Shown in pieces: positions 38,634-51,109 of a stretch of 64,000 nt of DNA. The DNA is taken from the NCBI RefSeq assembly GCF_030144855.1, contig NC_082707.1, positions 39,122,001-39,186,000 on the forward strand. The letters run 5' to 3'. The notes under the pieces are model-generated. The model had not been told where the DNA came from. It did no database searches and saw nothing but the letters and a program-made list of their open reading frames with translations. The translations under genes and the position numbers were made by a program. Source of the stretch: Hypanus sabinus (Eukaryota). Numbering within the stretch: position 1 is the stretch's first letter; every line of letters starts with the position of its first letter.

Positions 38634-38744
38634 GGTGCCAATATGCAGATACTTGCACAATTAAGAACTTGGAATTTGAAATTCCTGAAAGAAAAAATAC
38701 CAACAAAGCAATTTGTTTTTCAGTACTGTTTTAAATTGTCAGAG

Positions 38745-39415
38745 GCTATTTGAGGCACATGCCTTTGGGAGTATTTAATAGGTAGTGGGAGCTACCTATT
38801 ACCAGTCCTGGATATAACAACCTTAAGGAACAAAAGAATGGAATGCTTCATCAACATCCATGTCATCCTTGCACAGGGGCCATGATAATCTTCTCCATAT
38901 CATTCCAATTTTAGTACGTGTGCTGCCAAAGTGAGCAGGTTCAGCTCCTGACCTTCTCATCTGGCTTAGCTACTAAGCCCGAAGGAACCATTTCTACTGA
39001 CAGGAGCAGGGGCAAACATAAAGGTGGGTTACTGATGCCTTAAAATCAGTCACTTTGGACAGATGGGGCTCATCAAATGTGGTTGGCAGCTCATCTAAGA
39101 GAAAGAAGACCCTGATTTGAAACCTCTGATGTCTTGTGGTTATACACCGATGGGGAAGGCTTGTGGAGTAAACCGTGAGGAAAAAAATCCAAAGCTGGAG
39201 TCCCTGAAGTAATCCTACGGTGAGTTCAATGCTGGCTGCCAACTCCTGCAATGCTGCTGGTACAAAACTGTATCGGTCTCTGCCATTCCTTAGGATTTAT
39301 CTGATACGTGGAGAGGGGGAGAATTTTACATGGCCAACACCTTACTCTCCATATTGTACTGTCTAGGCTTGCGTATCTAGACAGCTAGGACGCATCATCT
39401 ATGGTCAACCCTGAA
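38745..39415 (+). repeat. Non-coding interspersed repeat, copy A (carries the U6 insert)
   Basis: Homologous to about 42160-42640: GCTTAGCTACTA..., TTTCTACTGACA.GAG.AGGGGCA, GGGGCTCATCAA, GGAAGGCTT..GGAGTAAACC.TGAGGAA, TGGAGAGGGGGA. Confidence 0.75.
38832..38938 (-). pseudogene. RNU6: U6 snRNA pseudogene, full length (107 nt)
   Basis: Ungapped hand alignment to vertebrate U6 (recalled from memory) gives about 19 mismatches in 107 nt. The ACAGAGA box reads ATGGAGA and the AGC triad reads ATC, so it is unlikely to be a functional spliceosomal RNA. Confidence 0.92.
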
Positions 39416-39889
39416 TGTTGTGAATTATATTTGATCTTTTATTTACTTGTAATGCCAGAAGGAACAAAAACCAATCTGAAATGGCTAGGCAACACTTTCT
39501 TTATATTTATGATATCTATTTATATATATATATTCTTAATCTGAATTCTGATGTGATTCTCCACAAAATAATGTTTGTATTTTTGGATCTTTATGAGTTG
39601 AAGGTAGATGAACAATTGTTCCTGACAAGAGACCGAACTCAGAAATCACCAAGTTTTAAGTAAGTTTGAATCCTACAGAAGAATTCAAACCGTTGGCTGT
39701 AAGCTATGCAGGTGCACTGCTGTGCAGTAACTGAAATGCTCGCATGCACATAGGCTTTGTCGTCGAGCAGATGGAATTTTCTGTTATAGCAACGTTTTAT
39801 TTAAGTGCTGCGCAGTTTTCAGGCCATGTAAATATTTCCTGCTCAGATCAATAGCTAGTCAGCTCAGCTGTTAAAAATATTAGAGAGGA

Positions 39890-40625
39890 CACTCTGCTTA
39901 TCCCACTGCCCTGTACTCTCTATGCTCATGACTGTGTAGCTAGGTACAGCTCAAAATTTTCTGATGACTCCACTGTTGTTGGCAGAAACTCTGATTGACA
40001 TGTACATGAGAGCGATAGATTATCTGGTTGAATGGTGTCACAACAACCTTGCACACTAGCAGCTGGAATTCATTAGGAGTTTGAGGAGATGTTAACAGAG
40101 ACTAGCAAATTTCTGTGGGTGTACGATGGAAAGCATTTTGACTGGTTGTACCTCCTGGTATGGGGGTACCAACGTGCAGCAATGAAAGAGACTACAGAGG
40201 GTTGTAGAGTCAGCTAGCTCTGACACAGGCACAACCCTCCCCTCCACTTTTGATCACTTCAAGAGGTGGTGCCTCAAGAGGCAGCGTCCATCATTATGGA
40301 CCTTCACCATCTGGGACATGCCATCTTCTCATCACTACCATCAAGAAGGAGCCTGAAGACCACACTCAATGTTTCAGAAACAGCTTCTTGCCCTCTGCCA
40401 ACACAATTCTGAATGGTCCATGAACAATACCTTGCTATTCTTCTGTTGCACTGTTTATACCTTTAGTTATTTGTTTGTTATAACTTATAGCAGGGGTTCC
40501 CAACCTGGGGCTCGGTTAAGGGTAGGGATCCATGGCACAAAAAAGCTTGTGAGTCCTTGACTTATAGTAATTTTATGTCTCGCACTGTACTGCTACCACA
40601 AAACAACAAGTTTCACAACATGCGT
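39890..40625 (+). mobile_element. Degraded Rex1/Babar-type LINE fragment
   Basis: LYSLYAHDCVA and KFSDDSTVVG remnants; 3' end TGATAATAAACCTGA. Confidence 0.75.
40491..40559. mobile_element. 69-bp hAT MITE
   Basis: CAGGGGTTCCCAACC terminus; perfect 8-bp TSD ACTTATAG (40483-40490, 40560-40567); same family as 10020-10101. Confidence 0.85.
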
Positions 40626-41099
40626 CACTGATAATAAACCTGACTCCTGGAGCACAGAACAGGTCCTTTGGTCCACCATATCCATGCCAGCCATGATGCC
40701 TAATCCCACTGGCCTGCCCTGCCCTCTACACTGCTTGACATCTTCTATATCCCCAGGTGAAGGATGCAATGTTTCCAAATCTCTTAATCTCTAGTCAATT
40801 CCAACTGGTATTCTAGACCCTGTGAATGAGTGTGACTGTGTAGGAAAGAGATATTTTTACTTCTAGAGCCTCAGATGAAGTCTCTTCCTTATTGTCCACA
40901 TTTTTGATTCCATCCACAGGGTGTAACTGGACCATCATACTCCTATTGTCCTATTTGTTATATTGCATTGTGCAATTTAGGGTTCATAGTGCCCTATACT
41001 AGTTTACCATTATGCCAAGTATGTACACAAATAACACACCATATGGGCTATGCACAGGAAATCAGGCCTGATCTGCACTTGGTACTTGTTTGATTCTTG

Positions 41100-41735
41100 T
41101 CACTTAGAACAGTGCAAGTCCTTTGACCTATGATGTTGTGCCAAGCTAATTCCTTCTGACAGCAAACAGTCACTATCCCTCCATTCTCTGCAGATTCAAG
41201 TGTCTATCTGAAAACCTCAGAAAAGCCTCTAACATATCTGCCTCCACCACTACCCCTTGCAGCGCATTCCAGGCACCCACTGCACTCTGTGTAAAAGATA
41301 ATTTGACCTTCACTTCAACTTTGAATTTTTCTCCCTCTCAGTTTAAATGCATGCCCTCTAGTATTAAACAGGATAAAGATATTGGCTACCCAAGTTATAT
41401 CTTTCATAAACTTACAAACTTCAATCAAGTCTCCCTTTTACCTCTACTGCTGTAGAATGAGGAACACTAGTTGGCCCAACCCCTCCTTATAGTGTACATC
41501 ATCTAATCCAGGCAGCATCCCTTCTTCACCCTCTCCATATCCTCATGAGGCAATCAGAATTGAATGCAATTCTCTAAATGTGGCCTAACTAGAATTTTTT
41601 AAACTGCAACTTAACTTCTTGACTCTTGAACTCAGTGCCTCCATTACTGAAGATCAACATACCCTACACCCTCTTTACCACCCTGTCGACTTGCGCAGCC
41701 ATCTTCAGAGAGCTATGGACTTGGCACCCCCGCCC
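41100..41735 (-). mobile_element. Old CR1 3' fragment
   Basis: Reverse complement of ...GTGCCTGGAATGCGCTG... and the CR1 ORF2 C-terminus. Confidence 0.65.
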
Positions 41736-42109
41736 CCCCAAGACATCTCTATACATCACAAGCACTGTGAAAAACTTTTCTTTTGCATGTTGTCACACAG
41801 GTCATTTCAAACCATACTGTAGGAACATCACAGTAATGCAAACGGAAAAGAAGTAACAGAATACAGAATATAGCATTGGAGTTACAGTTGCAGAGAAAAT
41901 GCAGTGCAGGTAGGCAATAAAGTGCAGGCGTCATGACAGGTAGATTGCGAGGTCAAGAGCCCACCTTTAATGTATAGGATGTAGTGATAAAATGTTCAGT
42001 AATAGTATTAGAGCAAGGATACAAATCTGTTCATCCCTGACATCCCGTACCGTGGGACTCCAATCTCACCAACCCCAACAAGAACTCGCCTTGCCCTACA
42101 CCATAATAT

Positions 42110-42640
42110 CAACGAGGTGAAACAATTGACATCTGTCACTAACAGCCTCTGACAACTAAGTCCAACTCTTGGATTTCACATGTAGCTTAGCTACTAGACC
42201 CAGCAGAACTGTTTCTACTGACAAGAGAAGGGGCATAGGTGGACTACTGGCGCCTCAAAACCAGTTGCTCTGGGCAGGTGGGGCTCATCAACCTTGGATT
42301 GCAGCCTCCCTGGGATAAGGCAAACACCGATTTTAAACCTCCACTGCCTTGTGGCTATATCCACCCAAGGGAAAGGCTTCGGGAATAAACCCTGAGGAAG
42401 GACTCGGGAGTTGGGGTCTCTAAGGCAGTTTGATGTTGTTTACAACTGGCGACCTCTGGGACGACACTGGTGCCAAGCCTTATCGCTGCTGGCCCTTCCC
42501 CTGGACTACATCAGTGATATGGAGAGGGGGAACCCTCTGCATGGGCAACAGCAAATCTTCCCGCCCAGGCTTGTGCCCTGGAGAGGTCAAAGTACACCAG
42601 AGGCACAAATCCATGATCCCCTGGGATCGACAGCTGCCTA
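42110..42640 (+). repeat. Non-coding interspersed repeat, copy B (no U6)
   Basis: Colinear similarity to 38939-39415. Confidence 0.7.
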
Positions 42641-42744
42641 CTACTCCTATTCACCAAGGTTTGCTTTACCCATGGTGAATAAGCCAAGACATGACTGATA
42701 ATAGACCATGGGGTCCATAACTAATTTATATTCCTGTCTGGGTT

Positions 42745-43455
42745 AACTGTTGGGTATTTCAGGTTCCTGGGTGTCAATATCTCTGAGGATCTCACCTGGT
42801 CCCAACATATCAATGCAGTTATAAAGAATGCAAGACAGCAGTGATACTTCATTAGGAGTTTGAAGAGGTTTTGTATGTCAACATATACACTCAAAGACTC
42901 AATGGAGAGCATTCTGACAGGCTGCATCATTGTCTGGTATGGAGGTGGGGTGGGGGGGGTGCTACCACACAGGACCAAAAGAAGCTGCAGAGGGTTGTAA
43001 ATCTAGTCGGCTCCATCTTGGGTACTAGCCCACAGAGTACCCAGGACATCTTTAGGGAGTGGTGTCTCAGAAAAACAGTGTCCCTTATTAAGGACCTCCA
43101 GCACCCAGGGCATGCCCTTTTCTCACTGTTACCATCAGGTACAGAAGCCTGAGGCACACACTCAGTGATTCAGGAACAGCTTCTTCCCCTCTGCCATCCG
43201 ATTCCTAAATGGACATTGAACTCTTGAACACTACCTTACTTTTTTTAATATATAGTGTTTCTGTTTCTTTCACAAATTTTAATCTACAAATGATTTGTAT
43301 TTAATATACATATACTGTAATTGATTTACTTATTTATTTATTATTATTATTTTAATTTGGTTTTTTGTTCTAGATTATGTATTGCATTGAACTGCTGCTG
43401 CTAAATTAATAAATTTCACATCACATGCCGATGATAATAAACCTGATTCTGATTC
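42745..43455 (+). mobile_element. Rex1/Babar-type LINE 3' fragment
   Basis: FRFLGVNISEDLTWS, KKLQRVV, HPGHALFSLLPSG; tail AATAAACCTGATTCTGATTCT. Confidence 0.85.
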
Positions 43456-44902
43456 TAATATAAATATAAAAGAAAATTCTGAAAATACTCAGCAGATTAG
43501 GGTGTGGAATAAGAAATAATTAACATTTCAGGTTGATGATCTGATGAAAATTTCTGTTAAAACATCATTCACCTAAAATATTGACTCTTTTCCCCACTCC
43601 ACAGAGATAATGGTTCTAGTAAATTTTATTATTGTTAATTTGTTATGTTAAAACATGAAATCTTTCAGAGAATAGCTTCAATCGATAGATGGATTTTTTA
43701 AAATAAGGTATAACTCACCACAAATACTCAGAGCTCTTTTCCAGCATTAACTTCAAGTAGAACCCCAATAAATTCAACACTTTGTTCAGGTATCTGTGCA
43801 AGTTTGTTACTGATGTCTTGAAAGACACAAGGATTTTTTTCTCTGGCTATATTTGTCAAGCTCAACTTTCTTTATTGAAGCCATAAAGATTATATATTAA
43901 CTCCAACAGAACTCCACTTACAGTTCTTCTCAATAACGTTATTTTATTGTATTTGGTTACATTGCTTCTTGTTCAACTAATTTGCTCTTCATAAAGAAGG
44001 TACTAGAGTCCAAAGATTTCTGTTTCAGATTTCATAAAATTAATGATTGCTAATCATAAATGTTGATATCTTGGAAAACATATTTATGGTTTAATATTAC
44101 ATTTCAGCCATTACGAACACAAAAGATTTGAAGTGCTTTAACAATTTACTGATGCTGAGTTGATTGTTTTGCTCAAGACCAAAGCTGCTGCTGGAACCTA
44201 GTCTTGAGTTCCAGTGCTGGAACAGACCTGAGGTTTGTTGTTGCATTTTTCTGCTCAGTTGCCTGTTTTCATACTGCCTCTTGTGCAATTTATACTTTAA
44301 TATTTGATGTATTGTTTTGGTGTGCTTTGGCATGTATAATTGATTTCACCTAGCCAGAAATATTAAATTAAATAATGAATAGGTGATATGTTTATGAAAC
44401 CTAGCAATCTCTCAATCTTCATTTATGAAACCTTTCACACAGATTGCACCCAATTTCAATAAAACAATTTCAGTTTCTATTACAATAATAAACAATCCAG
44501 CAATTGTAAAGTGTTTTGATGATAAGGATGAATTGAAGGCAACTGAAAGTAGTTTATGTGCAAAAACTGATGTAACGTTAAAGTTATTTACACGCAATGT
44601 TGGAATCAAGCATAACTGTAAACAAGAGAAATATTGTTAAAAGGCAATTAAACATCATAGAAGCTAAGTTAGTTGAATAAGAAATGAAGTTTTGACTCTC
44701 GGAATTTCTTAAGTAAACCATTTTCATTAGAGAGCTTAAGGTAATGGAACCCGAAATGGCCCAAGTTTGCTAACCATACGAAGATAGATGGAGGGGCAGG
44801 TAGTATTGAGGAAGCCTGAAGACTGGAGAAGGAATTATAGAGATTAGGACAGTGGACAAAGAAGTAGCAGATGGAATATAGTGTAGAAAAGTGTATGGTT
44901 TT

Positions 44903-47900
44903 TGTTACGGCATTTTTGGGGTTAGGATGTAAAGTGAACAGTGACTTCAGTTACCAACCTTCAGATCTGAATATGCATTGAAGATTAAATCTAAAATGCA
45001 ACTCTGAACAATGGGTAGACAATGCTGATTTAAATTCATTATTTGTGTGTCTGTAGTATGGTTGCAAAAGAGGGAGGTATGAAAGGGGGTGTTGTTCAAA
45101 GGAAGCATTGTAAATATGGATTTATTTGAATTGTCATGAATTTGTCTTTGATCGTTAGCACATGAAATGTTGTGTGGACCTGTTTGGGTCAGTGGTTGGG
45201 AACGGTACAGTAAAATGCTAAAACTGTGGCCTATCAGGACATGGTTAGGGGCAGTATCCAAAAAAAAGGAAAGAAAAACAGGCGAAAGACATGTCAGCCA
45301 CATAATCTCTCACCCCCATCAGTGCCCAGTCTGATCAAACTGACTGCCAATCAGATCATAGAGCTGGTGAAGACGGCTTCTAGTTCAGATAAAGAGGTAG
45401 CAACAACCCTCACTGCCTGCACTGGTGACCCGCAGGTGTACACAACAAAATTGTTTGGGGCTGGTTATAGGATATGCTGGTTGACATCAGTATTGATGGC
45501 AGACCTGTCCTTGCCAACATCCAGACAGGCTATTTATCTTACAGGTGTAGGAGGAAAAACAGTGAAAGCAGAAAGAAATGAGTTGCAGATACTTGAAAAG
45601 GATGGGGTGCAGCTTCTAGTTTATATCTGGGTCTGTCCAAATAATGAGAGCACTATCCTTGGAATCACCATTCTAAGGGAACCAGGGGCCATTATTAATT
45701 CAGGAAAGGGAGAAATAATATGGACAAGCCAGGAGCAGCGAACACGTTCAACCAACAGAGAACACAACATAGCCAGCAAAGACTCAGCCACTCTGATGAT
45801 CAGAGACTGGAGCCAGGACAGTGTCCATGGGTTACTTTGTCAGCAGTTCCCAGCAGTGTGGGTCGGACGCAAGCAAGAGGGTCGAGTAAAGATAAAGCCA
45901 ACTAAAATAGTCCCCAATAAGCAGTATCCCATAAATACTGATGCCCTGACAGCTATCCACAGGACAGTAACAACAGTTAGGGACACAAATGAACCCATGA
46001 GCACCATCCTAACAGAGGGAGAGGCATTCAAGTGTGAAAAGGAAATAGAGCTGGAAGAAGATATCGGTGTGAAGGAAACATCCCTGGAAGGGGAAGCAGA
46101 GGAAATGTTTATAGATGGGTCTCGGAGGTACATAGACAGGAAGCCACAGACTAGCTGGGCCATGATGAAGGAAACAGGTGAAGAATTCATTTCAGGAGCA
46201 AGTTGATCAGCTCAGGGTTCGGAACTGGTGGCCCTGATAAAAGCTGTGCGACAGTAAAGGCAGACAAGCAAATAAATATACAGACAGCCGCTATACCTTT
46301 GGGGTATGATTATCTGGTGCTATGGTCATGACAAGGATTTGTAACCTCAACAGGGGCAGGTATTCAACACAGACATCTAATACAAGAACTGCTGGAAGCA
46401 GTGAGTCTGCCAGCAGAGGCAGCAATGATTAAAGTAAATGCTCCCCAGAAAGGAGTGCTTTAAAATTGTTAGTTAAAATTGTACAAGGCATTGGTGAGGC
46501 CAAATTTGGAGTATTGCGTACAGTTCTGCACAGACTAGAAGGGCCGAGATGGCCTGTCTCTGTGCCGTAATTGTTACATGGTAAGGATCAGAAAGGAAAT
46601 GAGTGGGCAGGCATCCGTGATAAGAAGGCAGCAGAGGTACAGGAAGCAATTGAAATTGCAAGTGTGCAGGAAGAAACGACTGAAGCCAGTTTGGTAAAAT
46701 AATATGAAGAGGTGGAGGCAGAAGAGAAGGAGAAATGGAGGAGAAAGGGAGCAAAGGAAATCTTCCCAAGGTGGGAAACCACAATTTTGGTAGACTAGAA
46801 TCAGGGAGCACATTTCACAGAGGAAGTGGTGAAGGAATTGTAATGACTGTTGGGGATTCAACAACAGTTCCACGTACCCTATTACCCTCAGAGTTCAGGA
46901 AGGGTAGAAAGGATGAACTGAACAATCAAGCATTGAACTGAATTGACTTTATTTCTTACATCCTTCACATACATGAGGAATAAAAATCTTTACGTTATGC
47001 CTCCATCTAAATGTGCAATGTGCAATCATAGTAACTTATAATAATTTATAATAAATAGAACAGTCAATATAATATAGAATATACTCAAGTCAGCATGAGT
47101 TCATCAGTCTGATGGCCTGGTGGAAGAAGCTGTCCCAGAGCCAGTGGTCCTGGCTTTTATGCTGCGGTACAGTTTCCCAGATGGTAGCAGCTGGAATAGA
47201 TTGTGGTTGGGTGACTTGGGTCCCCAGTGATCCTTCGGGCCCTTTTTACACACCTGTCCTTGTAAATGTCCTGAATCATGGGAAGTTCACAACTGCAGAT
47301 GCACTGGACTGTCCGCACCACTCTCTGCAGAATCCTGCAATTGAGGGAGGTACAGTTCCCATACCAGGCAGTGACGCAGCCAGTCAGGGTGCTCTCAATT
47401 GTACCCCTGTAGAAAGTTCTTAGGAGTTGGGGGCCTATATCAAACTTCGTCAACCATCTGAGGTGAAAGAGGCGCCGTTGAGCCTTCTTCACCACACAGC
47501 TGGTGTGCATAGACCATGTGAGGTCCTCAGTGATGTGGATGCCGAGGAACTTGAAGCTGTTTACCCTCTCAACCCCAGATCCATCGATGTCAATAGGGGT
47601 TAGCCCATCTCCATTCCTCCTATAATCCACAAACAGCTCCTTTGGTTTTGCAACATAGAGGGAGAGGTTGTTTTCTTGACAGCACTGTGCCAGAGAGATG
47701 ACTTCTTCCCTGTAGGCCACCTTGTTATTGTTTGAGATCAGGTCAATCAATGTAGTGTCATCAGCAAACTTAATTAGCAGATGGAGCTGTTGGTGACGAT
47801 ACAGTCATGGGTATACAGGGAGTAAAGGAGGGGGCTCAGTACACAGCCCTGAGGGGCTCCTGTATTGAGAATCAGGGGGTTGGAGGTGAGGGTGCCCACT

Positions 47901-49773
47901 CTTACAACCTGCCAGCGATCTGACAGGAAGTCTAGGATCCAGCTGCACAAGGCTGGATCAAGGCCGAGGTCTCTGAGCTTCTTGTCGAGCCTGGATGGAA
48001 CTATAGTGTTGTAGTCCAAGAACAGCATTCTCCCATAAGCATCCTTAGCCATAAAATGCCTTAGCCAAAGCTATAACTGAGATGAGAAAGACACGGGTTG
48101 ACATATTACCAGGATCCTGATCAGATTGCAAGCAAACCCAAACTGCACGGTGGTTACGAATTATTGATGGGGCGAGCAATGTGACTCCCTTATGGGGTAA
48201 TTACAGGTTGTGGTGAGCCTGGGGCTTACAGGGGTAGAATGACACAGTACCTGAAAGACTTTTGTAACTAACTTAAAGCGTTGAAGGAGCAAGCAAGAAT
48301 ACAGCAGCACATTGCTGATTAGCGAGAGCCAGAGGGAAAGGGGGTAGTCCTCCCACAGCTGGGTGATCAAGTCTTGGTGAGGGCGAAAGGGCAGGGTTTG
48401 CTCCCAGATGGATAGGACCACAGACAGCACTTTTAACAAGGTGCAGACTCGGTGAGGCAGCCAGTGGAAACACTGGACTCAGGTTAAACCATATGACTCA
48501 CCATCTTGTTGTCCCCACAGACAGAGCAGGGGATCAAGCGTACCCAGTAACCGTGGAATTACAGAGAACCTAGGAGTTGAACACCAGGCAGCCACACCAG
48601 AGCTGAGCACGGCTGATGGAAACACACCCACAGAAAATGTGAAGGCTGAAGACACCGAGATCATGACAGAAACCCATGAACAGCATGCTGAAGTGTGATG
48701 GTCATGGTACTCTGTAATGAAGGCTGGTTGCTAAAGACAGATGATCAGTTGAATAGCACAGAACAGAAAAGATATTGGGGAAAATAGATGGGGAGGGATT
48801 TATGTTAAAGCAGAAACATCAAGTTCCACAACTTCAGTGGCACGGCAGACTGAGAAAGATTCCACGCTGCATCCGAAGGCAGTCATCCTCATCCCGAACG
48901 AGGAGTGAATACAAATCAGCTGGGCCAATGATCGACTGGACAGTTTGCAAGAGGATGTCACTGGGGAGAACTCCTTGCAATCATTCAAACAGAGACCACC
49001 CCAACCCCTTCTGGTACATCGATGAGAGGGCCTGAGAGCCTGATGCACTTATCTTGCTGGCTCCCCTGAAAAGAGAGAGCTTTAGCTACAAGAGAATAAA
49101 AGGGGAAAGACAAGGAACGTGATTAAGCTGCAATTGGCCAGGGGGGGAAGGGCCAACCGGTGTACAAATGAAGCTGCATTTCTAAAGACTGTTGTTCAAA
49201 TTTTCTGGAGAGATCTCTCTGCTTAGCATTTGGGATGATAGGGTAGATGTAGATGCACATAGAGTAATTGGGAGGGTTCTGAAGCAGGGAATTTCTGCTG
49301 CTCTATTTGAGAAGATCCTCCTGAAGGTTGGCCTTTCCTGGTACAATTTTATTTTGTCCAGGAGGCCCAAGAGGAGAGACTGTTTTTGGGATTAGGTTGT
49401 ACAGTGAATATTGACTTCAGTGACCAACCTTCAGATCTGAATATGCATTGAAGATTAAATCTAAAATGTAACTCTGAACAATAGGTAGGCATTGCTGACT
49501 TAAATTCATTATTTTTGTATATTTGGGCGTCCGTAGTATGGGTGCGAAGGAGGGAGGTGTGAAAGGGAGTGTAGTTCAAAGGAAGCATTGTAAATATGGA
49601 TTTTGTTGAATTGTCCTGAATGTGTCTTTGATCTTTAACTCATAAAGTGTTGTGTAGGGCTGGGCAGAGCAGTCCATTTCCAGAAGGATCTGCTGCATTA
49701 CGTTTTGTTGAATAAAGAGGCTGCTTCACAGCTACCAGTACTTTTCTCCGGTGACTTCATTCAAGCAAAAACA
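44903..49773 (+). mobile_element. Defective endogenous retrovirus with two LTRs
   Basis: Direct repeats 44903-about 45190 and 49381-49773 (TG...CA, AATAAA, purine tract AAGAGGAGAGAC before the 3' LTR). Degenerate Gag knuckle KC*NCGLSGH (about 45213-45260); protease-like LTGVGG / ILG; RT start KQYPI; retroviral RNase H FIDGS, SAQGSELVAL, YTDSRY; integrase C-terminal GDQVLV...WIGP. Confidence 0.85.
46915..48045 (-). mobile_element. Rex1/Babar-type LINE fragment inserted in the ERV
   Basis: GAPQGCVLSPLLYSLYTHDC, KFADDTT, 197-aa ORF; (GAACT/GAATT)n tail. Confidence 0.9.
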
Positions 49774-51109
49774 GCACTGCTCTTTGATTGCAGGATAAAG
49801 GTAAAAACTATTTTCTAAATGGGGAGAAAAATCATACATCAGAGGTGCAAAAGGACTTGGGAGTCCTTATGTAGGGTTCCTTAAAGGTTAACTTGCAGAT
49901 TAAGTTGGTGGTAAGGAAGGCAAATGCAGTGTTAGTATTTGTTTGGCGAAGCAAGGATGTAATGCTGAGGCTTTATAAAGCATTGGTCAGACCACACAGA
50001 GTACTGTGAGTAATTTTGGGCCCCTTTTCTAACAATGGATGTGCTGACACTGGAGAGAGTCCAGAGGAGGTTCACAAGTATGATTCCAGAAATGAAAGGG
50101 TTAACATATAGGCAGCTTTCATTGGTTAAGGGCCTGTTTTCACTGGAGTTTAATTAATTAATGAAGGAGAATCTCATTGAAACCTATTGAATATTGGAAG
50201 GCCTAAATAGAGTGGATGTGGAGAGGATGCTTCATATTGCGGGGGATTCTAGAACCAGAGGGACAGCCTCAGAATACAAGGACACCCCTTTAGAACAGAG
50301 GTGAGGAGGAATTTCTTTAGCCAAAGGGTGGTGAATCGGTGGAACTCATTGCCACGGGTGGCTGCGGAAGCCAAATCATTGGGAATATTTAAAATGGAGG
50401 TTGTTAGGTTTTTGATTAGCAAGGGTGTCAAAGGCTATGGAGAGACTTCAGGAGAAAAGGGTTGAGAGGGATAATAAATCAGCTGTGATTGAATGGTGAG
50501 GCACTCCCCTCATTCATTAATTATCTCATTAATCTATAACCAGAAACTTCATAACACTGCAATCACTTTAGCATATCCTGGCCTCTGCCTATCAGAGGTA
50601 CTGCTGTTGTCCTAAGTTTTCCTCCCAGAGACTCTCTGAAACTCTGCTTTCCCTTTCCCATTTCTGATGGAAATCTCAACCTGTTTCTCTTTCTGTAAAT
50701 GTTACTGATGCTATGGGGTGCTTCTGGCCATTTCTGGTTTTATTTTATATTTATATTGCAAGTTTTTTCAGATTTTTTTTCTGCTGATGATCATTGGGAA
50801 AGGTACATTAGAAGTGACGGAGGTGTAGTCAATACAACTTGTGCTGTAAGAATACAGTATTGAAATCCTCTTCCTGAATGTCAGCACATTTTAGCTTTCA
50901 CCATCTCCCAATCAATTCAATAAATTTTCAATTAAGCCCAAAGATCAGTACACTGCTCTACAAGGGCAAGATCTAAAGAGATGCATCTTGCAACAAGCTA
51001 ATTAAATAGAATTGGACTGATCCCAGTCAGTGAACAGGAGCATGAGAAGAAGCAGTTTTTTCACTTATGTCCATGGTTGAAGATTTAAAAAGGCAACACT
51101 TTGTGGCAG

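Larger units (their letters stand above)
44725..50500 (+). mobile_element. CR1 fragment split by the ERV (44725-44902 and 49774-50500)
   Basis: CR1 ORF2 reads ...MEYSVEKCMV before 44903 and resumes with ...YFLNGEK after about 49780. Confidence 0.8.

Noticed and set aside
38832-38938. Functional U6 snRNA gene
   Set aside because: ACAGAGA box and AGC triad are mutated, divergence is about 18% with CpG decay, and the upstream sequence is repeat-derived rather than a PSE/TATA promoter.
45226-46206. 326-aa ORF as a novel host gene
   Set aside because: Deletion-fused ERV gag/pro/RT/RNase H fragments between LTRs; non-ATG start; catalytic motifs incomplete.
48700-49380. Retroviral env gene
   Set aside because: No convincing furin site, CX6CC motif or transmembrane segment could be read; left unassigned.
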